Below the pieces are notes generated by a model that was given only the letters and a program-made list of their open reading frames with translations, searched no databases and was not told the origin of the DNA. From NCBI RefSeq assembly GCF_006345805.1, contig NC_043023.1, forward strand, positions 16,554,001 to 16,618,000: DNA of 64,000 nucleotides, read 5' to 3'. This DNA comes from Octopus sinensis. Taxonomy: Eukaryota. A program made the translations under genes and the position numbers. Each line of letters opens with the position of its first letter. Position 1 is the first letter of the stretch. Shown here one piece after another: positions 1-12,375 of this stretch.

Positions 1-230
1 TTCTTCCTTTTTTATTTAATACCGGTTCCAGTCACTGGACTCTGGCTTTGCTGAGGTGTTATCGTGAAACGGTTTAGTCAAACAAATTTACTCCAGTACT
101 TTATTTTTCACAAGCCTGGTACTTATTCCTTTTTGTTTTTTTTTTGCTGAACTGTTAAGTTACAAGAACGTAAACAAACCAACAATGGTTTTTATTGGTG
201 GTGGTGGACAAACACAAAGGCACACACACA

Positions 231-856
231 TCTTTAAATATAAAGCTGAAGTTGTCTGTGTGTGTGGCAGGTTTTGCAGCCTTCAACTAACACTATCTCC
301 TCCGAGACCCCTGCGACGCAAGTTGACCAAAATTGAGAGTATGATAGAAGAAGGCTTGCTCTTCGTTCCGTAGAAGAAAAAATCCAAATCGGACCATGTT
401 AACACCAAAAATTATTTATATCAAAAAGGTGCTATTTTTCTATGAAAAGCCCTATTTTTTACTATTTATAAAGCTGAAGTTTTCTGTCTGTGTGTGGCCC
501 GTTTGGTAGCCTTCAACTATCACTATCTCCTCTTCTGAGACCCTGTGACGCAAGTTGACCAAAATTGAGAGTATGATAGAAGAAGGCTTGCTCTTCATTC
601 CGTAGAAGAAAAAATTCAAATCGGACCATGTTAACACCAAAAATTATTTGTATCAAAAAGGTGCTTTTTTCTCTATGAAAATCCCTATTTTTTACGGTTT
701 TTTGACTGCTGTGTCGCCACTTTTCGGTGTATTTCAACCAGAAAAATGTTCACTTAAAGAGAATAACAAGCTACATAATGCAAAATTTTTACTTTTTAAA
801 AATTCCAATTCTAAAGGGTCGAAATAAACCCGAGCATCGCCGGACGATACTGCTAG
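231..856 (+). mobile_element. Non-autonomous Helitron-like element with internal ~228-bp tandem duplication
   Basis: Starts A|TC (230/231) and ends in a GC-rich hairpin-like stretch (cccgagcatcgccggacgatactg) plus CTAG|T. Segment ~238-460 is repeated at ~467-690. The same 3' end occurs at 22799 and 57084. Confidence 0.65.
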
Positions 857-1499
857 TAACTTATTAAGTTTAACCCCTATTAAACCAATGAAAAGAATTT
901 TTTCAAATTGTCTTCGCCTAAATTTGCATTTTAGCACCAAAAGAAAAATCTACACAGAACAACACCAGTTGATTTCAAAACATCTTCTACAAAACTTTCT
1001 TAGTACAAAATCTTGAATTTCCTAAGATTTCTGATTATAAGAGGTTTGTACAGAGAGAAGACGAACTTCAATATAAAAATAAGATGAAATTATTACTTTA
1101 CTCACAATTTAATCTCAATCGTTATCTTCGAAAGAGTCCTTTCCCCGGCGATTTTGATACAAAAAGTAGAAATTCATCCAGAAAAGTCGCTAATTACAGA
1201 AAAGAGATCAAACAAAGAATTAACACCAGAAACAACAGTGATCCAATTATAATGGGGAATTTATAAAATATGCATTGGTTTTGCTTTTCAAACACCGAAA
1301 CGAAATTGTATTATTGTACCAGAATTAACGGTAATTATTTAGGCCAAGCAAATGTTTCTCCTGTTCTGAGTTCAAATCCTACCGATGTCAATTTTGCCTT
1401 TCATTACTTCGGAAGCAATAAAGTCAAAATTCCAGAGGTAGTTACTAATCTACCCCCACCACCGTTATTAGGCCTCTTAATAACTTTGCCCCTAACGGA

Positions 1500-1780
1500 T
1501 AAATATTTTCTACTCTAGGCACAAGGCCCGAAATTTTGGGGAGGGAGGGGCCCCAGTCGGTTACATCGACCATAGTGCGTAACTGGTACTTGATTTATTA
1601 ACCCCGAAAGGATGAAAGGCAAAGTCGACCTCGGCGGAATTTGAACTCAGAACGTAGCGGCAGACGAAATACCTATTTCTTTATTACCCACAAGGGGCTA
1701 AACACAGAGGGGACAAACAAGACAGACAAACGGATTGAGTCGATTACTCCGACCCCAGTGCGTAACTGGTACTTAATTAT
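1500..1780 (-). mobile_element. tRNA-derived SINE (family 'N', OR1-like), two tandem truncated units
   Basis: Reverse complement of gagttcaaattccgccgaggtcgactttgcctttcatcctttcggggt..., with B-box-like GAGTTCAAATTCC. Many copies in the window. Confidence 0.7.
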
Positions 1781-2032
1781 ATATATATATAATTACAAAG
1801 GGTAAAATTAATTAATTAAGATGTAATCAATAATTTCACCAAGTTGAATTCGGCATGAAAAAAGGACCATTTCATGGTAAACTTAAGTAATGCTTAATAA
1901 TTAGGGTTCAGCAAATTATTAATAATAATTATTATTAATAATTAGGGCTGCTATTTCTAAACTTCGGCATGTGGTAAAGCAAATCTTTGCTGAACCCTAA
2001 TTATTAAGTATACACACACACACACACACACA

Positions 2033-2078
<46 letters not shown>

Positions 2079-2158
2079 TTTATTTAAAGCAGCAGAAAAT
2101 TCAACAAAACCTGTTACTCTGAGTTTCCCGTTGCCGTTCATCGGACAGTTTTTTGCTA

Positions 2159-2205
<47 letters not shown>

Positions 2206-2284
2206 GTGTGTGTGTGTGTGTGTATGTATATATATATAATATATGTGTGTGTGTGTGTGTATATATAATATATATATATATATA

Positions 2285-2341
<57 letters not shown>

Positions 2342-3299
2342 CGTACGTTCTCAAATAACCTTTGCATTTGATTTTTTAATGTCTCTACCCCCCATACTTT
2401 CGTGAGTTGAATTGAGCAAACACTATATGAGAGAGGTTTTCTTTAAGTATTAGAAATAGTTTTATAAATGTTTTTTAGCTGCTATTTCTAATGAGTTCAG
2501 TATGCGGCAAAGTAATTTATTTTACTAAGCCCTTTTATATAATGTAATAATTTGAATTCGCCTTAAATGGTCCCTTTGCATACTGAACACTTGGTGAAAT
2601 TGATTAATTAATTAATTTTACCCTCAATTGTTGAAATTATATATATATATATATATACACACACAAGCACATATATATATATATACACACATATATAAGA
2701 TCTTTTCCGCGCTAGCTAGTCATGACTAGTTGATCCTTATTTTGTGTTTTTGTGTTTTATTTACTTTGTTTAACAAAAATTATTCATTTTGTGTCTTATT
2801 TACTTTGCTAGGTAGCCGTTGTAGGATCGACAAATGACGACTAGCAAGTGCGCGCACCGGGACCACAGTTCGCTAGTAGTATTGTGTGGTGGTCGTGGTT
2901 GGATCGGACGGAAGCCTTTCCTTACAAGTTTGCTGTCATATTAATATGATACGTGGCACACCCCTCCTACCTTTCACTATATTAGTTATTAGGATCTTTT
3001 CTATTTTGAGGCCAGTTTTTTCAAATTTTTCCTACTGAACCAAACAATTTGAAACTTCGTATACTGGTAGAATGTGTCAAAAGTAAACTTAATTGTAAAC
3101 CAGAATGAAACGGAATTGTAACTTCTAAGTTTAACGTTGTTTAATAATTAGAATTTTAACCAATGATATTCCGTCATTCGGCTTTATTTTATTTACTCCG
3201 TCTCGACCACCAATTTCGTGACGTATTAACATCTTAAATGTAAACAAGTCAGCCACCTTAATAAGCCACATGTATTAAATTGAAAATGTTTCCATTCTG

Positions 3300-3630
3300 T
3301 ATGTCTGCATGTATGTGTGTGTGTATGTATGTGTAAGTATGTGTGTGTGTGTATGTATGTGTAAGTATGTGTGTGTGTGTATGTATGTGTAAGTATGTGT
3401 GTGTGTGTATGTATGTGTAAGTATGTGTGTGTGTGTATGTATGTGTAAGTATGTGTGTGTGTGTATGTATGTGTAAGTATGTGTGTGTGTGTATGTATGT
3501 GTGTGTGTGTGTGTATGTATGTATAGCCGATTCATCGTAATCGTAATTACGATGAATTGGCCATACATACATAGATACATACACACATACTTACACATAC
3601 ATACACACACACACATACATATACACATAC
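3300..3630. repeat. Compound GT/GTAT minisatellite (28-bp unit) arranged as a foldback around a short hairpin
   Basis: Left arm (gtatgtatgtgtaagtatgtgtgtgtgt)n; centre gccgattcatcgtaat-cgta-attacgatgaattggc; right arm acatacacacatacttacacatacatac is the reverse complement of the unit. Confidence 0.7.
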
Positions 3631-3958
3631 ACCGAGTAAAAAATTTCAGTTATCTCTCTCTTTCACACATTACTCTCTCTCTGTCTCTTCACACACACTA
3701 ACAGAAGCACTTCACTTACACAACATACTGTCTCCCACACCCCATCAAACACACATACACACACACACACACACATGTACATCAATGCTTCCCCTAGACG
3801 GTAACTTCAAAGACAAACTTCCCTCGTCATAAAATCGCTTCCTCTTAGTCTCTTTCGCTCTTATTACTTATGTAAAAAATAAAAGTTTTTTACGGAAATC
3901 GACGGAATCTGAGCTACGACAATACGAAACTTCGCCGAAATGTAATATTAAAAAGCAA

Positions 3959-4060
3959 AGAGCTGGCAGAAACGTTAGCACGCCGGGCGAATGCGTAGCC
4001 ATATTTCGTCTGCCGTTACGTTCTGAGTTCAAATTCCGCCGAGGTCGATTTTGCCTATCA
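3959..4060 (+). mobile_element. 5' head of SINE family N followed by (CA)n
   Basis: gagctggcagaaacgttagcacgccgggcg...gagttcaaattccgccgagg, with A- and B-box-like motifs. Confidence 0.65.
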
Positions 4061-4102
4061 TCACACACACACACCACACACCACACACACACACACCACA
4101 CA

Positions 4103-4158
<56 letters not shown>

Positions 4159-4160
4159 CA

Positions 4161-5830
4161 TAGCAGAAAAGAAGTTTGCCAATGTCCAGCGACGTGAGGA
4201 CCAAAGAACTGAGGTATTTCGTATTGCTAGACAGTGTGTCAGAGAAAATAGTGATGTTACAGGGGAGAAATGTGTCCGCATGGATGATGGGGCACTTGCT
4301 TTTATTGTTGGTGAAAAGAAAGAGGCTTGGAGAAGCCATTATGAAAGACTGTTGAATGTGGAGAATGAATGGGAGGAGGAGAGCCTGCCAAATGTTGACC
4401 CAGTTGAGGGACCAGCTATCCAAATAGACAGCTCCCTTGTAGTTAAGGCAATTAAGGATATGAAACCAGGTAAAGCCCCCGGCCCATCATGAATCACTGC
4501 TGAGATGCTTAAAACAGCTGGTTATGCGAGCTATGGCCTAGTCACCCGCATTGTTAACCAGGTAGTTCATAATGGAGTCATACCCAATGACTGGCGTAGC
4601 AGCACCATAGTCAACTGCTACAAGGGTAAGGGTGATGCTCTAGATAGAAATAACTACAGGGGTATTAAACTGTTGGATCAGGTGATGAAGGCCACAGAGA
4701 GGGTCATAACCCATCTCATTAGGGAGAGAATTTGCTTAGATGAGATGCAGTTCGGTTTTGTGTCGGGTAGAAGCACCACTGATGCTAGATTCCTGGTCCG
4801 ACAACTGCTGGAGAAATACCTAGCTAAAGATAAACCCCTCTACATAGCTTTTGTGGACTTGGAGAAAGCCTTTGACAGGGTTCCCGATCCCTTATCTGGT
4901 GGTCGATGCGGAAACTGTTGATTCACGAATGGCTAATAAGGGCTGTACAGGCTCTATACAGAGAGGCTGTCAGCAAGGTTAGGATTGGCAACGAATATAG
5001 TGAAGAATTCCGGGTAGAAGTAGGTGTACACCAGGGCTCAGCCCTCAGTCCCCTTTTATTCATCATAGTCATCCAGGCAATAACAGAGGAATTCAAAACA
5101 GGTTGCCCCTGGGAGCTCCTCTATGCTGATGACCTGGCCCTCATAGCAGAATCGCTACCGGAACTAAAAAAGAAATTTCGGGTGTGGAAACAAGGGTTGG
5201 AATCAAAGGGCCTTAGAGTAAATGTAGCGAAGAACAAAGTTATAGTATGCAGAAAGGCGAACTCAGCACACAACACCCCATCGGGCAGGTGGCCCTGCTC
5301 GAGCTGTAGGAAAGGTGTAGGTAGAAACTCCATAAGATGCACCCAATGTAAGCTATGGACGCACAAGAGGTGCAGCAACATTAAAGGGAAATTAACAGAT
5401 AAGATAGCTTTCATGTGCGGCAGATGCACAGGGACAATAGACACCACAGACACTCAGAAAACAGATTCCATCACACTCCAGGGAGAGAAACTAGAAGTAG
5501 TTGATAGTTTCCGCTACCTGGTGACCAAGTTAGTAGTGGGGTGGATGCTCAGAGAGTGTCACCACTAGAACACGAATAGCCTGGGCAAAGTTTAGAAAGC
5601 TGCTACCCCTACTGGCGACAAAGGGTCTCTCACTCAGAGTGAAAGGTAGATTGTATGATGCATGTGTGCGAACTGCCATGCTTCACGGCAGTGAAACATG
5701 GGCCGTGACTGCAGAGGACATGCGTAGACTTGAAAGAAATGAAGCTAGCATGATCCGCTGGATGTGTAATGTCAGTGTGAATGCACGACAGAGTGTAAGC
5801 ACCCTGAGAGAAATGCTAGGCATAAGAATC
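4161..5830 (+). mobile_element. RTE-clade LINE ORF2 fragment (reverse transcriptase), frameshifted, truncated at both ends
   Basis: ORFs 4280-4492, 4505-4921, 4906-5568 and 5639-5875 carry KAPGP, YKGKGD..NYRGIKL, FVDLEKAFDRV, GVHQGSALSP, LLYADDL and AMLHGSETW, broken by stops and frameshifts. Confidence 0.9.
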
Positions 5831-7936
5831 CGTGGCTTCCCTAAATCGCAACTCTGTGCCACGGGAGAGTTTTAGCATCCGCGATGATGGGCAGATCTGG
5901 ACATTCGTCAAGTCTGGTGAGTCGTGGATAAGGGATGCCAGTTGGACTGAGCAGACTACACCACCACAACAACAACTGGCAATGCAAAAATCTTGGGGAA
6001 ACTAACCAAGAACAATCAGCCATCCCCTGTATATCATCATCTGAAATCCAGATATAAACTGCTGTCCTTGAATGCCCGTAGTTTATGCAACAAGGTGCAT
6101 CTTTTTGTCTCCCACGTCAAAAGTATCAACCCAGATTTCATCACAGTCACGGAAACGTGGGCACACTCTGCACTCTGTGATGGAGTTTTCAGCATAGCCG
6201 GCTACAACCTGTTCCGCAAAGACCGCATTAATCGCCGTGGAGGGGGTGTGATGATTTATGTTCGATCAAGTCTTTCGGCAATCCCCTGTGATGATTTGAA
6301 CCAATCTCAGCAGGAGGTATTTTTCTGCAATGTACACATGACCATGTCAACACTTCTGCTCGGAGTCATTTACCGTCCTCCAAATTATCGCCAAGACGCA
6401 CAGCTTTTTGATCTCCTCAGGCGGCTGCCATGAAAACAGCCACATATGTGTATGTTGCGGGGGACTTCAATTTCCCTGAGATTGACTGGGAGGCCTTCCG
6501 TTGGCCGCAAAGTGCAGACGATTTTCTTGAACTGGTGCTGAATTCGAATTGGTCCCAAGTTGTTACCTCCCCCACAAGAGGTAACAACACTTTGGATCTG
6601 CTACTAACCGCTTCTCCTGAAACAATCATTAGTGTCGCTACCGAAGAACCTTTGGGTGACTCTGATCATTCCATGATCATGGCCGACTTGTCTCTGATTG
6701 GTTGTAACAAAAAACACAACCATCTTCAGATTGCCCGCTTTGACTGGAATAAAGCAAACTGGAGCTCTTATTGTACTGAGCTGCAACGCCCAAACTGGCA
6801 CAAATTTTATGCCTCTGGAGATGTGGACACTATACTCCAGAACATTCTGAATTCAATATGGGCAGCATGTGCAGCATCAGTACCACGCAAGCACAAAAAA
6901 CCACCCAATAGTGCAATTTGAGAGACTGCAGTCCGACTTGCCAGGAAAGAACGCCGTAATGCTGAACGGGAATACAAATTGCATAAATCAGAGAGCAACA
7001 GGAAAAAGCGCAATAGGTCAGCCAACCACCTCAAGCAGGTGACAAAAAAGGCAGTGCTTGAATTTGAACAACGCATTGCAGCTAACCCTGACAGCAAAGG
7101 GTTCTGGAAGTATGTGCACTCAAAGCAGAGACCCCACTCTCCAGTTGGTCCCCTTCGCAATCCCCACACAGGACAGATTACTGGCAATCCCGAAGAATGT
7201 GCAGAAATCATTGCTGGATGCTATGCCGGCATCTTTACTGTCGAAGACCAAAATGTTCCATCATCATCACCACTGACATCGGACTCTATATCTTCTATGC
7301 AATTTACACCAGCAATGCTGCAACGCCACCTAAAGAATAAACGCAATTATGCCTCTCCTGGTCTCAATGGTGTTACATACCTACTTCTCAAACGCAGTGG
7401 GTACTTTCTTCTATGCCAACTTTCTCTATTCTTCCAATTCTGTCTCGACAATGGTGTTACTCCAGAACAGTGGAAAACTGCCAGTGTCATCCCTCTGTTA
7501 AAAAAAGGCGACCGCACATCGCCTGTCAACTATCGCCCCGTCAGTCTTACTAGCTGCATCGCAAAACTGATGGAATCCTGTATCAGAGAAACCCTCTGGA
7601 ACTTCTGGAAGTCTCACAGCCTCAGCCAGCCGTCACAATTCGGATTTATTCCTAACTCCAGCTGCTGTAATCAACTCATCGAGTTTCTTGAGGACGTTAC
7701 CCAAATCACTGATCGCGGATCCTGGGTGGATGTTGTTTACCTGGACTTTGCTAAGGCTTTTAACTCTGTGCCACACAAAAGACTTATGGTGAAGCTTTCT
7801 GCGTTGGGTGTAAGAGACGAACTCTATAACTATAACTGGTTAAAGTCCTTTATTTTCGGCCGAAAAGAGGTTGTCACAGTTCTAGGACAGCACTCTTCGC
7901 CCTATGAGATGACATCTGGTGTGCCGCAGGGATCTG
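5831..7936 (+). mobile_element. CR1/L2-group LINE ORF2 fragment (AP endonuclease + N-terminal RT), disrupted
   Basis: LNARSL..K, VTETW, GYNLFRKDR..RRGGGV, GDFNFP, LDLLL, SDH (APE); NYRPVSLTS, QFGF, YLDFAKAFNSVPH, SGVPQGSV (RT, stops before YADD). Frameshift ~6430, stop ~6919. Confidence 0.9.
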
Positions 7937-8547
7937 TATATATTTTAGATTTTCTCAAAAAGTCTAACAATTGCTGACTAATATAACTAGCTTCTCTATT
8001 ACTGCCTGTGTCTCTCCTCTCTTTTTGTTATTCTATCTACAGATAGGTTTGTATGTGTAGTTCTTATATATACACATTCATACATTACCTCTTTTACTTG
8101 TTTCAGTTATTGAACTGTGGCACCACCTTGAAAGGTTTAGTGAAACTAATTGCGCCCACTACATATTTTTAAGTTTGTTATTTATCAGTGTCGTTTGCTA
8201 AACCGTGAATTGCAAGGACATAAACAAAACAACACCAATTGTTAATTTGGGATAGGGACAAACACAAAGACATTGTCTATGATGCTACTGGATCAACTAA
8301 ATATGTTACCCCCTACTATATTATTGAATAGTTTTTTCTCTTTTTGTTATACTAACTACACCCTCACACACACAAAAACATTTTTTGTAAGGTGGTTGGT
8401 GTTAAATCCAGACACAGAAACTTATGTTGCAAAGAGAAAGTATGAACAAAATGTAGTCCTGCAACTCAGTTGGGAGTGGAGGTGGAGGTACTGGCTCAGT
8501 TCTGCCCAACTAATGCCAGCATAGAAAAGTGATGATAATGCGGATCA

Positions 8548-8940
8548 TGAATATCATCATCATCGTTTAACGTCCTTTCCATGCTAGCATGGGTTGGACG
8601 GTTCAACGGGATCTGGGAAGCCAGAAGGCTGCACCAGGCTCCAGTCTCATCTGGCAGTGTTTCTACAGCTGGATGCCCTTCATAATGCCAACCACTCCGT
8701 GAGTGTAGTGGGTACTTTTTACGTGCCAGTGGCACAGGTGCCAGGCGAGGCTGGCAATGGCCACGATTGGATTGGTGGTTTTTACATGCCACCAGCATGG
8801 AAGCCAGTGAAGGCGGCGCTGGCATTGGCCACATCCGGACGGTGCTTTTGACATGCCACCGGCACAGGGATCACAACTACAATTTCCATTGATTTTTGAT
8901 GTTGATGTACTTGACTCAATAGGTTTCCTCAAGCACAGGG
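8548..8940 (-). mobile_element. 3' UTR/tail fragment of the RTE LINE ((GAT)n tail)
   Basis: Matches the 3' UTR contiguous with RTE coding sequence at 54871-56245 and 24320-25073. Confidence 0.75.
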
Positions 8941-9467
8941 TCGAATATATATTTTTTAATATTTTTTTGCAAACAACATGCAGATGCAAGTGTTACCTGT
9001 TGAAAGCCCTGCATACCAGATGCTAGCAAGTTTATGGGGCCATTAGGAGAGAATACCTGCCATTTCGGGACCTATCTCTTGACAGCATCATTGGGCACCC
9101 CTCACTGAAATGAGACCCTGCTTGCTAGATCAACTGGTCATCAGGTTTCACTCAATATTCTTCTAGCCATTGCTCATCGTTGCTTTCTAACCAAATCCAG
9201 TGGTTTGCCTTTTCCAGTGTAGTTTGGATATTACTCCTAGTGGTATTTGCTTTGCGATGAATTAAGTCAATGATGGCAATAGTCACTTCACACTGTGTCC
9301 AACAAACCCTCTACATCCAACTTTGATTGAAAAATGCTCTGCTTTCCAGCCTGTGTCTTCACATTCCTCTAGGAGGTTTTCATAACAGCCAATCTTTTGA
9401 GCTCGGCGGCATCCATGTTATCTTCATGAGCAACTCAACTAGATTTACCACTTTCTTTCTTTTACGC

Positions 9468-9508
<41 letters not shown>

Positions 9509-9857
9509 TGATCATCATCATCATCACTTTTTGGTCCTGGCATCTGTTTGGCAAGACTGAGTTAGTTCTTATTGACATTTACTTCCCCATTCTACCTACC
9601 CCAACTATATTTTGGAGTTGACTACTTCAAGTTTCTTATTTCTTTGCATCCATCAATTAATGATAATATAGTATATCTTGTATATAATATACATATACAT
9701 ATATCAAAACAGGAGATAAGAAAAAATTTTTGGTATTATTTATTCACCATTACACATGTTTCATTTACTAATAGGGGTTACAAAATTGTATTTAACAGAG
9801 AAACATGTAAGATATCTTCTGTTAGAAAGTCTTCTGACAGAAAATTAGAGAGTATTA

Positions 9858-11089
9858 TCATGCTGAGTAAAAAGTAAGCAACGTTTTGAAACATGAAATT
9901 CATCACAATATATTTCAGCAATGTGGAAATTTTATTCATCAAAGTAAGTACCATTACAATCAACACATTTGTGCCAATGAGTTACAAGTTTGTTTATTTT
10001 GGTAACATAAAAATCTGGAGTTCTGGAGCTGATGAACTCCTTGAACACAGTTTCAGCATCAGTTTGATTTTTGAACTCCTTCTCTTTCAGGAAACCATCA
10101 AGGTGCTTGAAAAAGTGGTAGTCGGTAGGAGAAAGGTCTGGGGAATAAGCTGGGTGGGGAAGAAATTCATAGCCAAGTTCCTTCAACTTTTGGAGCATCA
10201 TTAGTGAAATTTATGGTCGAGCATTGTTATGAAGAATGATTGGCCCTCTTCTGTTGACCAGTCTGGGACAGAGGACTAGCGGTTTTTCTTTCATTTTTGC
10301 AATTTCATGACAATATGTTTCTGCAGTAATGTTTTTTCCAGATTTTAAAAAGTTATAATGGATGATTCCAAAAGTACACCACCAAGCAGTCACCATAACC
10401 TTCTTTTTGAAGAGCTTGGGTTTAGGGAAGGATTTTGGTGCTTCATTTTGCTCCAACCACTGCAAAGAACGTTTTTTATTGTACAGAATCCACTTTTCAT
10501 TGCAAGTTACAATATGGTCAAGAAATGGATTGGTCTGGTTGCGGAGAAGAAGCAATAAGCATTTTCTGATTTTCATTCAAATTTGTCGAGCTTTTTTGAT
10601 TTTCTGATTGCAGGAAAATGGTTGCAGGCAGTTTTCTGACTAACTTGAAGTTCTTTTGCCAGTTCTCAAGTGGTTTTATATGGATCTTTCTCAATGACAG
10701 TCTCTACTTGACTGTCATCGATGACAGATGGGCGTCCATAATGCTCACAATCTGCAAAATCATTTAAACCATTTTCAAGCTGACCTCTAACTGGTCATTT
10801 CCCCACCAAATGTTTCATTGATATCATGAACAGTTTTAGCTGCTTTACATCCTTTTTTGAAGTTGAATTGCAAAACTGCTCAAATATCGCACTTTCACAG
10901 TTCCCTTTCAGATGATTGTATGAATGGGGAAAAAAAATATAAATGTTAATTTATTGATGCATTTGGGTAAGTTTATATCTGTATTATCAGACAACTGCAA
11001 AAAAATGTTTAACAAAAATTCAAAACCCTGCAAAAATCTGTACAAATTCTTCATGGTTCAAAACGTTGCTTATTTTTTATTCAACCTGA
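9858..11089 (-). mobile_element. Decayed mariner (Tc1/mariner) transposon, ~1.23 kb
   Basis: ORFs 10211-10576 (IVTCNEKW, KVMVTAWW, ILHNNARP) and 9932-10201 (HPAYSPDLSPTDY) are mariner transposase motifs. Imperfect TIRs tcatgctgagtaaaaagtaagcaacgttttg / caaaacgttgcttattttttattcaacctga are each flanked by TA (9856-57, 11090-91). Confidence 0.9.
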
Positions 11090-11409
11090 TAATTGATTCG
11101 CTGTCTGAGGAGTTTTTAATAAGAGATATTTTATAATTTTCTCTTACATGTATAATATTCTAACTCCTACTTAGCAAATGAAACATGCGCAATGGTGAAT
11201 AATAATACTAAAAATTTTTCCACTCTACTGTTTTGATGCGTAATTACTCTGCAAATATTATTTTCCAATATTTTTCTACTCTTATACATACCTCACACAA
11301 TTATAACATCTACATACAATATTGGCATACTGGAATATACAGGTGTGCTTCACAAGGACACACGGCTTCGATTACAAGCCTATCTACATACTATATGTTT
11401 GTGTAATAT

Positions 11410-11440
<31 letters not shown>

Positions 11441-12239
11441 GTATGCACGCATACATATGTACAGAAAGACTGATAGAAGGCACAGGCACGTAGTTCCTTC
11501 TTAATCATATGGTTTTGAGTTCAGTCCCAGTGCATGGCAAACTTCGCCAAGTATCACTTATGATAGCCAAGATTGACCAAATCCTTGTGAGTGAATTTGA
11601 TAGATGGAACCTGTAAGAAATCTATCTATATAATATGTGTGTATATCTGTTTATGTTTTGTGCTCTATAAAAGTTGCAAGCTACAAGGTTTGCTGTTGTC
11701 ATTTCTCTGGTTGACAAATTGTCTGCTTACTTCAAGCCTTTCAGACATGTGTAACAAGAGATTCCTTATTTAAAACAAGTCAAGTGTTAATGACAGAAAG
11801 GCATCTGGTTGTGAAGAATACTTCAATCATTTTTTAATTTAAAACATACTTGACTCGAAAAACATGTAAATCAAACAAGACATATCAGATACATACATGC
11901 ATTTGATGATATTTATATGTATATATACATATGATATATGTATATATTGATTTGAAATATATATGTATCAGTCGGTGATATTAATTTTATTGACTTTTTG
12001 TGAAATGGCACATTTTAATATATTGGACTGTTCAATATATATGCCTGCTTTGAGTGTGAGTGTACATGTGGTTTCTTGATGTTGGTTATGGAACTGTGGA
12101 GTTCAATATGGAACATTATTGTGTTTGTTGATGTATATTGATCTATATTGTTTATATTGTATTATTGTGTATATATATATATGTAAGAATATGAGTGTGT
12201 ATGCACACATATTTATATTTATATGTAAATTTTTTCATA

Positions 12240-12375
12240 CTTGCATTAAATTCTCTGAAGAGGCCGTGAGATATTCTTGTTAATGTCTCATTTATACCTG
12301 CTTTATATGGCTAATAGGTTAAATGGGACATACCTGTCTTCACGGCCGAAACAGCTGTCAGCTACAATGTAATGT
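12240..12375 (+). ncRNA. Putative minimal type-I hammerhead ribozyme (Penelope-like-element type)
   Basis: CTGAAGA (12255-61); stem II GGCCGTGA (12262-69) / TCACGGCC (12340-47); GAAA-C-AGCT-GTC (12348-59) with palindromic loop III and a GUC cleavage triplet. Stem I only partial. Confidence 0.65.

Noticed and set aside
6430-7977. Intact autonomous LINE
   Set aside because: Frameshift, internal stop, and RT truncated before the catalytic YADD.
9000-9470. Very degenerate minus-strand LINE C-terminus
   Set aside because: Only faint resemblance with many stops; cannot be supported without alignment.
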